A stretch of DNA of 64,000 bases from an uncultured Microthrixaceae bacterium (GCA_964450685.1 CAYVDN010000006.1:3532-67531), one strand, 5' to 3'; positions 10,179-19,567 are shown, counted from the stretch's first letter. Translations and numbers: made by a program. The notes: generated by a model not told the origin, from the sequence alone.

Positions 10179-11108
10179 TCAGGGAAGGTGGGCGATCGCG
10201 TCGTCGAACACCCGGAACAGCGCAGGGCCGGACTTGTCCTCGCGTGCGAGCACACCGAGTTTGCGGCATCGGGCCAGCACGTCGCGGGCCTCTCGTCCAG
10301 GCCACGGGCGTGGTAGCAGTTCCGGCGGCAGCAGCGGGTCGGACTCGAAGCACGCGTTGAACCGGATCGCAAGGTGCAGGACCCCCGCCAGGAAGTCGTG
10401 TTCGCTGATCCGCTCACCTCGGCGGCGCATCTCCTCGAGCTGGTCGGGCACGCCGCGGTAGGTGTCGATGAACTCCTGATATCGCTGTGCCAGGTCGTCG
10501 ATCTGCCAGAGCATCGAGACGATCTTCCTCGGGTCGGTCTCGCCGCCGACGTCCAGGTCGTCCGTCGTCGCGATCACTACGTGTCGGGCTATCTCGAGGC
10601 GCTCTGCCTCGACCCGGATGTCCTGCTCCCATCGGTGCGGCGACACGTACACGCCCGGTTGGAGCACAGCGCCACCTAGAGCGAGCAGGTGATCGCGGAA
10701 CTCGTCGCGAGCGCTTCGCCGGGTCTCGGGGATGGCGAACGAGACCAGGCGCCAACGTCGGTCCCAACCCCGACCGGCGGCATCCTGTGCGTAGGCGAGC
10801 AGGTGGCGCTGCTCCGTCACGTCCAGCTGGGCGCGCCCCGCGGGGGTCGCGTGGAAGACGGCCTCGCGGCCTTCGCCTACGCGTTCGAACAGTCCTTCGC
10901 CGGTGAGGCGTCGCAGGCACGACCTGACTGTCTCCACAGCGATGCCGCACTCCTCGGCGACGCTGTACAGCTCAGGGCCGTGGACAGTTCCGTCGCGATG
11001 CGCGAGTCCCATGATCATCAGTCGTGTCGGAAGGGTCTCGTCGCCTCCAGTTCGGCCGCCGACGTCGTCGGTCGTTCCCTCGTCGGTCGTTCCGGTCACG
11101 ACCGCCAT
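10179..11108 (-). CDS. PaaX-family transcriptional regulator
   Basis: I trimmed the 555-aa track ORF to the in-frame ATG at 11108 (MAVVTGTTDEG...). It has a winged-helix N-terminus (LYSVAEECGIAVETVRSCLRRLTGEGL). The PaaX-type C-terminus reads RWRLVSFAIPE...RDEFRDHLLALGGAVLQPGVYVSPH. Confidence 0.75.
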   Translation of the reverse strand: MAVVTGTTDEGTTDDVGGRTGGDETLPTRLMIMGLAHRDGTVHGPELYSVAEECGIAVETVRSCLRRLTGEGLFERVGEGREAVFHATPAGRAQLDVTEQRHLLAYAQDAAGRGWDRRWRLVSFAIPETRRSARDEFRDHLLALGGAVLQPGVYVSPHRWEQDIRVEAERLEIARHVVIATTDDLDVGGETDPRKIVSMLWQIDDLAQRYQEFIDTYRGVPDQLEEMRRRGERISEHDFLAGVLHLAIRFNACFESDPLLPPELLPRPWPGREARDVLARCRKLGVLAREDKSGPALFRVFDDAIAHLP

Positions 11109-11192
11109 CGTGGTCCTCGTTCGCGGCAGTGTCAATCGGCCCTCGGCAGGTGCCGTAGGGTACGCCGAACCTGCAGTCAGCCGATGGGGGGC

Positions 11193-12065
11193 ATGATGTC
11201 GTTGGTCGACAAGGTCAAGCAGAAGGTGGGTCCGCGTCTCGAAGCCGTGACGCCACGCGTCTCGGAGTGCGCAATCGTCGTACGTCCGCTGCCGCTGATC
11301 GCGGACGAGATCATCTCCGCCGGGGACGACTTCTACTTCAAGGTCGTGTTCGATCCCACCGACCGCCACCTGGTCGAACTGGAGCCGGCACAGCGTCTCG
11401 AGCTCATGAAGGGGCCCTTTGCCCGCGGTGCGGTCGTGATCCTGGCGATCCACAAGCCGACCGACAAGGCGATCGGCAAGATGTGGCTCATAACCCAGTC
11501 GCCGATCGCCGGCGACGGTCGGCGTGGCCTCCTGCCGATCCAGCTGGCCAAGGACGAGGTGTTCCTGTTCGACCTCTGGGTGCACGAGGACTTCCGTCGC
11601 AACGCCGTCGGGATAACCATGGCCTACGAGATGGGCGCCGCGGTGGACGAGTACTTCCCGGAGGCCCGCTGGGTCTACGGCTACGCACATGTGGACAACG
11701 AGGCTTCGATGTCGCTGATGTGGCACATCTACGGCATGTGGACCGTGCAGCACATCAAGGAGTACGAGATCGGCGACTACCACGTGGGAGTCGTGCCGGG
11801 ATCGGACGAGCCGAAGTTCGGGCCGTTCTCCAAGCGGGGCCGCCATTCCGGCGATGGTTTCCAGATGCCGGGACGACCACGCTCAGGGGACGGCTACCGT
11901 GACTACCACCACCCCGAGGGGTTCGCCCGACGCGACACCAGTGGACTCGAGGTCTCCGACGACTGGATGTGGCCCGGTCCGGAATGGTTCGACAACAACC
12001 ATCCGCTCGGCAACGACGGTCGCCCGGCCACGCCGGAGACGCTGCCGCGCAAGATCGAGATGTGA
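11193..12065 (+). CDS. Hypothetical protein, possible degenerate GNAT-fold acyltransferase with a Trp/His/Pro-rich tail
   Basis: I trimmed the track ORF to ATG 11193 (MMSLVDKVKQK...). FDLWVHEDFRRNAVGITMAYEM resembles GNAT motif A, with RxxAxG in place of R/QxxGxG/A. YGYAHVDNEASMSLMWHIYG resembles motif B. The gene is divergent from the PaaX gene. Confidence 0.55.
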   Translation: MMSLVDKVKQKVGPRLEAVTPRVSECAIVVRPLPLIADEIISAGDDFYFKVVFDPTDRHLVELEPAQRLELMKGPFARGAVVILAIHKPTDKAIGKMWLITQSPIAGDGRRGLLPIQLAKDEVFLFDLWVHEDFRRNAVGITMAYEMGAAVDEYFPEARWVYGYAHVDNEASMSLMWHIYGMWTVQHIKEYEIGDYHVGVVPGSDEPKFGPFSKRGRHSGDGFQMPGRPRSGDGYRDYHHPEGFARRDTSGLEVSDDWMWPGPEWFDNNHPLGNDGRPATPETLPRKIEM

Positions 12066-12078
12066 ACCGGACCGAGCC

Positions 12079-12801
12079 TCAGCTCAGGTGCAGACCACAC
12101 TCGGTCTTGTCCTGGCCGGACCACCTGCCGGAGCGAGGATCCTCGCCCGGGGCGACCGGCTGTGTGCAGGGCATGCAACCGATCGACGGGTAGCCCTTCA
12201 GCGTCAGCGGGTTGACCGGCACCTCGTGGCGGGCGATGTAGTCGTCGACGTCGGCCGCGCTCCAGTTGGCCAGCGGGTTCACCTTGATCAGGCCGCGGAG
12301 GTCACGTCCCAGTATCGGGGCACCGGCGCGCGACGGTGCTTCGTCACGCCGCAGGCCAGACATCCACGCCGCCTTGCCGGCGAGCGCCCGGTCCAGCTGG
12401 CCGACCTTGACCGCGGAGCAGCAGTTCGAGGGGTCGACCTTCCACAGCTCCTCGTCGTGTGGTGCGACGGTCATGATGCGCAGGTTGAGGCCGTAGCGAC
12501 GTCGAACGACCTCTACGGTCTCGAGCGTCTCGGGGAAGTGATAGCCGGTGTCGATGAACACCACCTCGATCGCGGGTGCCACCTTGACCGCCAGGTCGAT
12601 GAGAACGGCGTCGGTCATCGACGCGGCGAGCGCCATGTGCGGTCCGAAGTTGTCGGCGGCCCATCGGACGATCCGTGAAGCCGGTGCCGACTCGAACTCC
12701 GCGTTCAGCTCGGCCAGCTGGTCGTCGCTGAACTGGCTGGGGGAGAAGGGGCCCGGCAGGGGCTCGGGTGGCTGGTTGGTGGCCGTGAGCGTCGTCGACA
12801 T
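12079..12801 (-). CDS. cysH: Adenylyl-sulfate / phosphoadenylyl-sulfate reductase (thioredoxin-dependent, Fe-S type)
   Basis: Motifs VVFIDTGYHFPETLE, a CC pair (SNCCSAVKV), a CxxC (GCMPCT) and the C-terminal KTECGLH. ATG 12801 shares one nucleotide with the sirA stop. A GTG at 12813 is an alternative start. Confidence 0.9.
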   Translation of the reverse strand: MSTTLTATNQPPEPLPGPFSPSQFSDDQLAELNAEFESAPASRIVRWAADNFGPHMALAASMTDAVLIDLAVKVAPAIEVVFIDTGYHFPETLETVEVVRRRYGLNLRIMTVAPHDEELWKVDPSNCCSAVKVGQLDRALAGKAAWMSGLRRDEAPSRAGAPILGRDLRGLIKVNPLANWSAADVDDYIARHEVPVNPLTLKGYPSIGCMPCTQPVAPGEDPRSGRWSGQDKTECGLHLS

Positions 12802-14615
12802 CAGACCGCGCACTCCGACTCGCCCAGCTCCTTCTCGTACGGTCCCGTCTCTCCGTAGTCGACGTAGAACTCCGGAGCCGTCTCGGGCGTCGGGAACTCG
12901 TCGAGGTCCTTGAGCCCCTCCGCGACCGCCTTTGCTCCTCCGACCCTGGCGAGCCAGGCCTGGAATGTCTCACCGAGCTCGCGTTCACCGGCGTAGCGTC
13001 CGACGACGCGTACCGCCGCCTCGGGAGCGGCCTTCGCAGGCAGCCGCAGTGCCTTGGCGCCGAACTCGATCTTCTCGTCGCCGACGTAACCGCCGAGCAG
13101 CATCTGGTAGCCGGGAGCGGAGCGGCCGTGAGCGCGACGCTCGGCACCGAAGAAGCCGATATCGGCTATGTGGTGCTGTCCGCATGAGTTGGTGCAGCCC
13201 GAGATGTTCGTGCGCACACCCTCGACCTCGGCCAGGCCGGCCTCCGCGAGTGCCTCGCCGATGGCGTCAGCGAGGCCCCGCGACTGCGTCACAGCCAGGT
13301 TGCAGGTGTCGGCCCCCGGGCAGGCGACCACGTCGCGGCTCAGCTCGGCGCCCGCCTCCGCCATGCCGATCTCGCCAAGTCGCGTGTACAGCTCGGGGAG
13401 CTGGTCCTCGGTCAGGTCGCGCAGCACGAAGTTCTGTCGGTTGGTGATGCGGATCTCTGCGCCGAAGTCCCTGCTGATCGATGCGATGCCTCGGAACTGG
13501 TCGGCGGTCACGTCGCCGAGTCGGGACCATGCGAGCGCCGAGACGGTTCCCTTGGCGACCCCGCGCACGACGTTCGACTCCGACCAACGCTGTTGCGGAG
13601 AAGTGCCCCGCAGGAACACCGGTTGGCCCTGCCCGACCGGTGTCACCTCGCCTGAACCACGCCCGGCCGGCGCGTCGCCACGTTCGGTCACCTGCGCCGG
13701 GATGCCCCCCGGCCACGACGAGCTGGCCATCAGGAAACGCCGTGACGCCAGCACCCTGCGCTGAACCTCATCGAAGCCCAGTTCGTCCACCACCCACTTC
13801 ATGCGGGCACGCAGCTTGTTGTCGCGGTTGCCGGTCTGTTCGAACACGCGCACGCAGGCCTCGATCGTGGGCAGCAGCTGCTCACGTGGTGTGAACTCCT
13901 CGAGTGCGAGTGCGGCGTGCGGGTTGGCCCCCAGACCTCCGGCGACGAACACCCGGAACCCCGCCTCGGTGCTTCCGTCGTCCAGAGTGCGGGAGACGGC
14001 TATGACTCCCACATCGTTGAACATCGCCTGGCCGCAGTCGGTGGCGCAGCCCGAGAAGTTGATCTTGAACTTGCGGGGGAGGCGCTGGGAGATCGGGTTG
14101 CGCAGGAAGTGCCAGAACGCAGCATCCGCCCACGGCTGGATGTCGAGAACCTCGTGGGGGCATGCGCCGGCGAGGTGGCACCCCATGACGTTGCGGACGG
14201 TGTCCGAGCAGGCTTCGCGGGTGGTCAGTCCCACCCTGGCCAGCTCCCATAGGAGATCCGGGACCCTCTCGAGCTGCACGTAGTGGAACTGGACATTCTG
14301 GCGTGTGGTCAGGTGTCCCCAACCGCGGCTGTAACGCTCGGAGATGTCGGCCAGCGCATCGAGCTGGTCGGGTGTGATCGAACCGTACGGTGCCTTGACC
14401 CTGACCATCTGGTTGTGGCCGCCCTGGCGTTGCCCGTAGATGCCGTTGGCCAAGCGGAAGACCTTGAAGACGTCGTCCTCGATCTCGCCAGACAGGTAGC
14501 CGGCCAGGCACCGCTCGAACTTCTCGATGTCGGCGATCATCGCCGGATCGATCTGTACCGGGGCGCCGGGTCCAGTGACCACCTTGCCGTCGGTGTCGAT
14601 CTCGATCGTGCTCAT
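12801..14615 (-). CDS. sirA: Ferredoxin-dependent sulfite reductase (nitrite/sulfite reductase family)
   Basis: 604 aa with a duplicated NIR_SIR fold. Siroheme/4Fe-4S cysteine clusters are VACPGADTCNLA and SGCTNSCGQHH, with a degenerate first-half pair SGCATDCGQ. Confidence 0.9.
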   Translation of the reverse strand: MSTIEIDTDGKVVTGPGAPVQIDPAMIADIEKFERCLAGYLSGEIEDDVFKVFRLANGIYGQRQGGHNQMVRVKAPYGSITPDQLDALADISERYSRGWGHLTTRQNVQFHYVQLERVPDLLWELARVGLTTREACSDTVRNVMGCHLAGACPHEVLDIQPWADAAFWHFLRNPISQRLPRKFKINFSGCATDCGQAMFNDVGVIAVSRTLDDGSTEAGFRVFVAGGLGANPHAALALEEFTPREQLLPTIEACVRVFEQTGNRDNKLRARMKWVVDELGFDEVQRRVLASRRFLMASSSWPGGIPAQVTERGDAPAGRGSGEVTPVGQGQPVFLRGTSPQQRWSESNVVRGVAKGTVSALAWSRLGDVTADQFRGIASISRDFGAEIRITNRQNFVLRDLTEDQLPELYTRLGEIGMAEAGAELSRDVVACPGADTCNLAVTQSRGLADAIGEALAEAGLAEVEGVRTNISGCTNSCGQHHIADIGFFGAERRAHGRSAPGYQMLLGGYVGDEKIEFGAKALRLPAKAAPEAAVRVVGRYAGERELGETFQAWLARVGGAKAVAEGLKDLDEFPTPETAPEFYVDYGETGPYEKELGESECAV

Positions 14616-14684
14616 GCGCCGACTCCGTGCTCGTTCAAAACCTGATCGGACAGGTCAAGAATAAGCCCCCGAAATATGACTGTG

Positions 14685-14716
14685 CCAGTCGGGATTCGGG
14701 CCAGTCGGGATTCGGG
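14685..14716. repeat. Perfect tandem direct repeat, 2 x 16 bp (CCAGTCGGGATTCGGG), then a partial third copy TCAGTC
   Basis: Read directly from the sequence: 14685-14700 equals 14701-14716. It lies between the aroG stop (14721) and the relatively AT-rich region upstream of the sirA start (14615). Confidence 0.9.
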
Positions 14717-14720
14717 TCAG

Positions 14721-16091
14721 TCAGCCCTTCCTGAGCAGCTCTGCCACGCGGAACGCCAGGTCGAGCGACTGGCGGCCGTTCAGGCGGGGGTCGCACATCG
14801 TCTCGTAGCGCAGGCCCAGGTCGTCGTCGAGGAGGTCGTCGGCGCCGCCGAGGCATTCGGTGACGTCGTCGCCCGTCAGTTCGACGTGGACGCCGCCGGG
14901 CCAGGTTCCCTCGGCTTCGTGGGCGTCGAAGAAGCCTCGAATCTCGGCGAGGATCGCGTCGAAGTGTCGCGTCTTGCGACCGGACGGAGCGGTGAACGTG
15001 TTCCCGTGCATCGGGTCGCAAGCCCACACGACCGGATGGCCAGCGTCGGAGACGGCCCTCAGCAGGGGTCGGAGCCCGTCGGTGATGGCGTCAGCCCCCA
15101 TCCGGGTGATGAGCGTCAACCGGCCGGGGATCCTCCCGGGATTGAGTGCCTGGCAGAGCTCGAGTACCTCGTCGGTGCTGGCGCTGGGCCCGATCTTGCA
15201 GCCGATCGGATTGCTGATACCGCTGAAGAACTCGACGTGCGCTCCGTCGAGCTGACGGGTCCGTTCACCGATCCAGACCATGTGGGCCGAGCAGTCGTAC
15301 CAGTCGCCGGTGAGGGAGTCCCTGCGGGTCAGTGCCTCCTCGTAGCCGAGCACGAGGGCTTCGTGGCTGGTCCAGAAGTCGGTCTGGTGCAGAGCTGGCA
15401 TCTCGTGGTCCAGCCCGCAGGCCTCCATGAATCGCAGGGCCCGGTCGATCTCGGAGGCCAGCTGCTCGTAGCGCTGCCCTTCCGGGCTCGACGCGACGAA
15501 CTCCTGGTTCCACTGGTGCACGCGGGAGAGGTCGGCGAAGCCACCGGTGGTGAACGCACGCAGCAGGTTCAGCGTGGAAGCGGACTGGTTGTAGGCCTGC
15601 AGCAGCCGTTCCGGCACCGGAGTGCGCGCCGCTGCGGTGAACTCGATGTCATTGACGAGGTGCCCGCGGAAGCTCGGCAGCTCCGTCTCTCCGACCTTCT
15701 CGGTGTTCGCGGATCGTGGCTTAGCGAACTGCCCGGCGATGCGGCCGACCTTCACGGTGGGTACACCGGCCGAGTAGGTGAGCACGACCGCCATCTGGAG
15801 GATCACCCGGAGCCGTTCGCGGATTGCGTCGGCAGAGAAGGCTTCGAAGGACTCGGCGCAGTCACCCGCTTGGAGCAGGAATGCCTTGCCGTGGGCGACC
15901 CCACCGAGCGCACGGGTCAGGGCTCTCGACTCGCCAGCGAAGACCAACGGGGGATAGCCGGCCAGCTCCTTGAGCACTGCGTCCAGCTGGCCGAGGTCCG
16001 GCCAGTCGGGCTGCTGGGCGGCCTCGTGGGCGCGCCAGGACTGCGGCGACCACGGGGGTGCCTCGGCAGGGCGGGGGGTGCTGTCGGACAT
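14721..16091 (-). CDS. aroG: Class II 3-deoxy-7-phosphoheptulonate (DAHP) synthase
   Basis: 456 aa. The N-terminus WSPQSWRAHEAAQQPDWPD...PPLVFAGE and GRIAGQFAKPRS, together with length and overall pattern, fit plant-like/actinobacterial type II DAHP synthase. Confidence 0.9.
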   Translation of the reverse strand: MSDSTPRPAEAPPWSPQSWRAHEAAQQPDWPDLGQLDAVLKELAGYPPLVFAGESRALTRALGGVAHGKAFLLQAGDCAESFEAFSADAIRERLRVILQMAVVLTYSAGVPTVKVGRIAGQFAKPRSANTEKVGETELPSFRGHLVNDIEFTAAARTPVPERLLQAYNQSASTLNLLRAFTTGGFADLSRVHQWNQEFVASSPEGQRYEQLASEIDRALRFMEACGLDHEMPALHQTDFWTSHEALVLGYEEALTRRDSLTGDWYDCSAHMVWIGERTRQLDGAHVEFFSGISNPIGCKIGPSASTDEVLELCQALNPGRIPGRLTLITRMGADAITDGLRPLLRAVSDAGHPVVWACDPMHGNTFTAPSGRKTRHFDAILAEIRGFFDAHEAEGTWPGGVHVELTGDDVTECLGGADDLLDDDLGLRYETMCDPRLNGRQSLDLAFRVAELLRKG

Positions 16092-16171
16092 CGCCGAACA
16101 GGCTACCGGGGTAGTCGCCCCGGGCCGAAGCGGGCCTCAGCCACACGGCATCGCCCAAGACGGGACCGGCT

Positions 16172-16996
16172 TCAGGAAGCGGTCGCCATCGCCCGGTCCC
16201 GCACGGTGTTGACTGCACGCTTGACCAGCCGGCGGGCGGCTTCAGCGGTCACCCCGAGGTTCTCGCCGACCTCCCGGTAGCTGCGGCGACGGCCGTCGGT
16301 CAGCCCGAAGCGCTGTTCGACCGCCGAGCGGGCCCTGGGATCCAGGACGTCGAGCAGTCCGTTGAGCCACTCGGAGTGCTCGGAGTCGAGCAGCAGCTCC
16401 TCGGGACCCGCCTTCTGGCACGCGAGCAGGTCCACCAGCTCGTTCGAGTCGTCGTCGCCGACGGTGCGGTCGAGCGACGTCGGTGTGGTCAAGCGGTGCA
16501 GGCGGGCGTTCTCGTCGTCGAGCTCGTCGGCATCGCCCGACACCTGTCGCAGCGCGGCGCGCAGCGAAGCGGAACGGTCCCCCGGCAGCCGTACCAGCGA
16601 AGCCTTCTGATCGAGCGCCCGGCCGATCGCCTGGCGGATCCAGAAGGTGGCGTAGGTCGAGAACTTGAAACCCTTGCGCCAGTCGAACTTGTCGACAGCA
16701 TGCTCCAGCCCGAGGTTGCCTTCCTGGACCAGGTCGAGCAGCTCCATGCCGGCGGGCAGCGGGTACCGGCGGGCGACGCTGACGACCAGCCGCAGGTTCG
16801 CCCTGATGAACCGATCCTTCGCTGCATCCGCCGCAGCGATCGCTCGGCGGACCTCGCGGCTGTTGTCGCCGGCCTCTCGGCGCATGCGTGCCTCTGCGCC
16901 CAGCTCGATGATCTGGGAGAGCTCACGTTCCTCGTCGGCGGTGAGCAGTGCCACCATGCCGATCTCGTTGAGGTACATCCCGACGGAGTCGCTCAT
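16172..16996 (-). CDS. Sigma-70 family RNA polymerase sigma factor (no region 1.1)
   Basis: Trimmed to ATG 16996 (MSDSVGMYLNEIG), with GAGGAAGG about 12 nt upstream. Region 2 reads DLVQEGNLGLEHAVDKFDWRKGFKFSTYATFWIRQAI. Region 4 HTH reads SYREVGENLGVTAEAARRLVKRA. Confidence 0.85.
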   Translation of the reverse strand: MSDSVGMYLNEIGMVALLTADEERELSQIIELGAEARMRREAGDNSREVRRAIAAADAAKDRFIRANLRLVVSVARRYPLPAGMELLDLVQEGNLGLEHAVDKFDWRKGFKFSTYATFWIRQAIGRALDQKASLVRLPGDRSASLRAALRQVSGDADELDDENARLHRLTTPTSLDRTVGDDDSNELVDLLACQKAGPEELLLDSEHSEWLNGLLDVLDPRARSAVEQRFGLTDGRRRSYREVGENLGVTAEAARRLVKRAVNTVRDRAMATAS

Positions 16997-17099
16997 TGGT
17001 CTCAACACCTTCCTCGGGTCGGAGGTTGGTTTTCTCCGACGAGGTTGGTATCGGCCGGGTGGCGGCCGAGTTGAGGACTGTTGCACCTACACTCCCGCG

Positions 17100-17720
17100 A
17101 TGGCGTCCGGCCCCGCCGAACCAACGCTCGGTGCCGTCCGACGGGTCGGTGTGCTCGGCGGCACGTTCGATCCGCCCCACGTCGGCCACCTGGTGACCGC
17201 TGTCGACGTGCTCGAGCAGCTCGACCTGGACGTCGTGTTGATGGTCGTGGCGAACGAACCGTGGCAGAAAGTCGGCTCACGGGACATCACGCCGGCTGCC
17301 ACGAGGATGGAGATGATGCGGCTCGCCGTCGAAGGGGTTGATGGCGTCGAGGCGAGCGACGTCGAGCTTGCCCGCGGCGGACCGTCGTTTACGGTGGACA
17401 CTCTCGAACACCTGTCCCGGATCCATCCCGGAGCCGAGTTGCATCTGATCCTCGGATCCGACGCGGCGTCGCTGCTGCACACATGGCATCGCCCGGAGGA
17501 TGTCTCACGCCTGTGCCGGCTCGTCGTCGTGGCCCGACCGGGGGTCGACACCAGCGTCCCGGAGAGGTTCGAGGGCGTCACCGTGGAGGTGCCCAGACTG
17601 GATGTGTCGTCCACGGACTTGCGTCGTCGTGCAGCCACCGGCAGGTCGTTGCGCTTCCTCGTGCCGGAGCCTGTGATCTCGCTGGTCCGGGAGCGCGGCC
17701 TCTATCGTGAGCCCGGATGA
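17100..17720 (+). CDS. nadD: Nicotinate-nucleotide adenylyltransferase
   Basis: Trimmed to in-frame ATG 17100. VGVLGGTFDPPHVGHL is the (T/H)xGH nucleotidyltransferase motif, and the C-terminus has SSTDLRRR. Confidence 0.9.
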   Translation: MASGPAEPTLGAVRRVGVLGGTFDPPHVGHLVTAVDVLEQLDLDVVLMVVANEPWQKVGSRDITPAATRMEMMRLAVEGVDGVEASDVELARGGPSFTVDTLEHLSRIHPGAELHLILGSDAASLLHTWHRPEDVSRLCRLVVVARPGVDTSVPERFEGVTVEVPRLDVSSTDLRRRAATGRSLRFLVPEPVISLVRERGLYREPG

Positions 17721-19084
17721 CGTTGGCGCCAACGGAACACCCCACGGGGTCGGCTCCGGATCCCTCGGTAGACGGTGCCGATGACACCGTGCAGCCGGTC
17801 GTTCGCCGTCGCCGGGCAGACCAGCGTCGACGCCGTGACCGTAAAGTACTGGCCGTCCAGAGTGGATTGACGGCCTTCTTCGTCGTCGCCCTGGTCGGGT
17901 TGGTGTGGGCCGGCTGGTCAGCGGCGTTGCGGATCACGGGCGGCTCCGACGACAAGGTCACCGACCCTGCAGCACCCGGGTATGTCGCAGCCGTGAAGCC
18001 GACCGCTGTGACGCTCCTGGCCTTCACCTCCGACGAGCCACCTGCTGAGGGTTCGGTCGCACCGCCCACGTCGGAGGACGGCCAGCACCTGACCGGCATG
18101 CTGTTGGTGGTCGATCGGGGGGACGGTTACCGCACGATCTCACCCATTCCGGCCTTCACCACCCTGTGGGAGTTCGAGGACGCCCAGCCGGCATCCGCGG
18201 CGGAGGTGTTCGCCGATGGCGGGATCGACGTCCTCCGCATCCGCCTCGGCACCGATCTGTCGTTCGGCACGACCGCTGCGCTCACCGTGCCGACTTCGGT
18301 GATAGCCGACCTGGCAGGTCGGACCGGGCCGGTGACGATCGAGTTGGCAGACGACGTGCTCCAGGGAACCTCGGACGAGGATGCCGCGGTCCGCTACGCC
18401 GCCGGCGAGCTGACCCTGGAGCCCGAACAGGTCGCGGAGTTCCTCTCGTTCTACGGATACCGCGACTCCGAATCCAACCGGGCTCTGCGCCAGGAACTGG
18501 TGTGGAAGGCGCTGCTGGGCGAGGCGGGCGCGGGGGAGCAGGATGATGCCGCCGACACCTCGTCGACCGCAGCCGCGTCCGATCCCGCATCCGGGTCGGA
18601 CAGCGACGACGTGGTGGCTGCGTCGGAGCTCCTCGACGAGGTGGTCAGCGACGGGGGAGCGCAGTTCTCGGTCGTACCCATGCTCGCAGTCCCGCTGAAC
18701 GTGACACCGCCCGTCACACTCTACAGGATCGACCAGATGTCGATGCCCCAGTGGGTCGCAGCCGAAGTGCCCTTCCCGATCTCGGCGTTCCCGGGGCAAC
18801 GGGCCCGCGTCGAGCTGCTGAACGGCACGACGGATCCGGCGACGTTGCAGACGGTTGCGCCCAAGGTTGTGGGAGCGAACGGTGAGGTCGCCTTCACCGG
18901 CAACGCCGAGAGCTTCGACGTCGCCCAGACCCGGGTCGAGTGGGTGCGTGAGGACGCAAGAGTGGCCGCCGAGCAGATAGCGACAGCGCTGGGAATCACG
19001 GCCACAGAGACGACCACCGATGCCGACACGACGAACGTCGACGTCGTGGTCGTGACAGGCGCTGACCAGATGGGCCAGGGATGA
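17717..19084 (+). CDS. Membrane-anchored LytR_C-domain protein
   Basis: 455 aa with an ATGA overlap to nadD. It has a basic N-terminus plus one TM (LTAFFVVALVGLVWAGW). The C-terminal RVELLNGTTDPATLQTVAPKVVGANGEVAFTGNAESF resembles a LytR_C domain. This is the usual occupant of the nadD-rsfS gap in actinobacteria. Confidence 0.55.
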   Translation: MTLAPTEHPTGSAPDPSVDGADDTVQPVVRRRRADQRRRRDRKVLAVQSGLTAFFVVALVGLVWAGWSAALRITGGSDDKVTDPAAPGYVAAVKPTAVTLLAFTSDEPPAEGSVAPPTSEDGQHLTGMLLVVDRGDGYRTISPIPAFTTLWEFEDAQPASAAEVFADGGIDVLRIRLGTDLSFGTTAALTVPTSVIADLAGRTGPVTIELADDVLQGTSDEDAAVRYAAGELTLEPEQVAEFLSFYGYRDSESNRALRQELVWKALLGEAGAGEQDDAADTSSTAAASDPASGSDSDDVVAASELLDEVVSDGGAQFSVVPMLAVPLNVTPPVTLYRIDQMSMPQWVAAEVPFPISAFPGQRARVELLNGTTDPATLQTVAPKVVGANGEVAFTGNAESFDVAQTRVEWVREDARVAAEQIATALGITATETTTDADTTNVDVVVVTGADQMGQG

Positions 19085-19458
19085 CCAGCTCGAACGACGC
19101 CGACGGGTTCAGCTCCAGGGATCTGGCGATCGCTGCAGCCCGCGCTGCCGACGAGAAGGGTGCGACCGATGTCGTGGTGCTCGACGTCGGGGACCTGCTG
19201 GGTATCTGTGGCTGGTTCGTCATCGCAACGGCATCCAACCCGCGCCTGGTCAAAGCGGTGGTCGACGAGGTCGAGGAGCAGCTCGGCGAGCTGCACGACG
19301 TGAAGCCCCGCGCGGTCGAGGGCCTCGCCGAGCGGCGTTGGGTGCTGATCGACTACACCGACGTGGTCGTGCACGTGTTCCACACCGAGGAGCGCGACTT
19401 CTACCGGATCGAGAAGCTCTACAACGATGCGCCTGTCATCGACTGGCGAACTGGCTGA
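19081..19458 (+). CDS. rsfS: Ribosome silencing factor RsfS
   Basis: 125 aa with ATDVVVLDVGDLLGICGWFVIATASNPRLVKAV and WVLIDYTDVVVHVFHTEERDFYRIEKLY. Confidence 0.9.
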   Translation: MTSSNDADGFSSRDLAIAAARAADEKGATDVVVLDVGDLLGICGWFVIATASNPRLVKAVVDEVEEQLGELHDVKPRAVEGLAERRWVLIDYTDVVVHVFHTEERDFYRIEKLYNDAPVIDWRTG

Positions 19459-19516
19459 GCGATCTAGGCCCTGCTGCGGCCCCCCATTTGGCCCCCCTCG
19501 GGCATCCGGAGAAAGA

Positions 19517-19548
19517 ACAAGGGTCCGGCCGACCGGCCGGACCCTTGT
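19517..19548. terminator. Strong GC-rich hairpin between rsfS and tRNA-Ala (bidirectional terminator candidate)
   Basis: ACAAGGGTCCGGCCG (19517-19531) is the exact reverse complement of CGGCCGGACCCTTGT (19534-19548). Confidence 0.7.
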
Positions 19549-19567
19549 CTCTACGGGCTTCTCCGAG

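Noticed and set aside
11109-11192. A PaaX operator in the divergent intergenic region
   Set aside because: I could not find a convincing palindrome or a match to the E. coli TGATTC-type PaaX site. Only a weak GTGTCAATCGG similarity is present.
11109-11846. N-terminal extension of the PaaX ORF (555 aa), and the matching upstream extension of the 458-aa plus-strand ORF (10689-11192)
   Set aside because: The two extensions overlap each other and the opposite gene. The internal ATGs at 11108 and 11193 give divergent genes with an 84-bp promoter region.
14676-16280. 534-aa plus-strand ORF
   Set aside because: It is antisense to the class II DAHP synthase gene and has no recognisable motifs.
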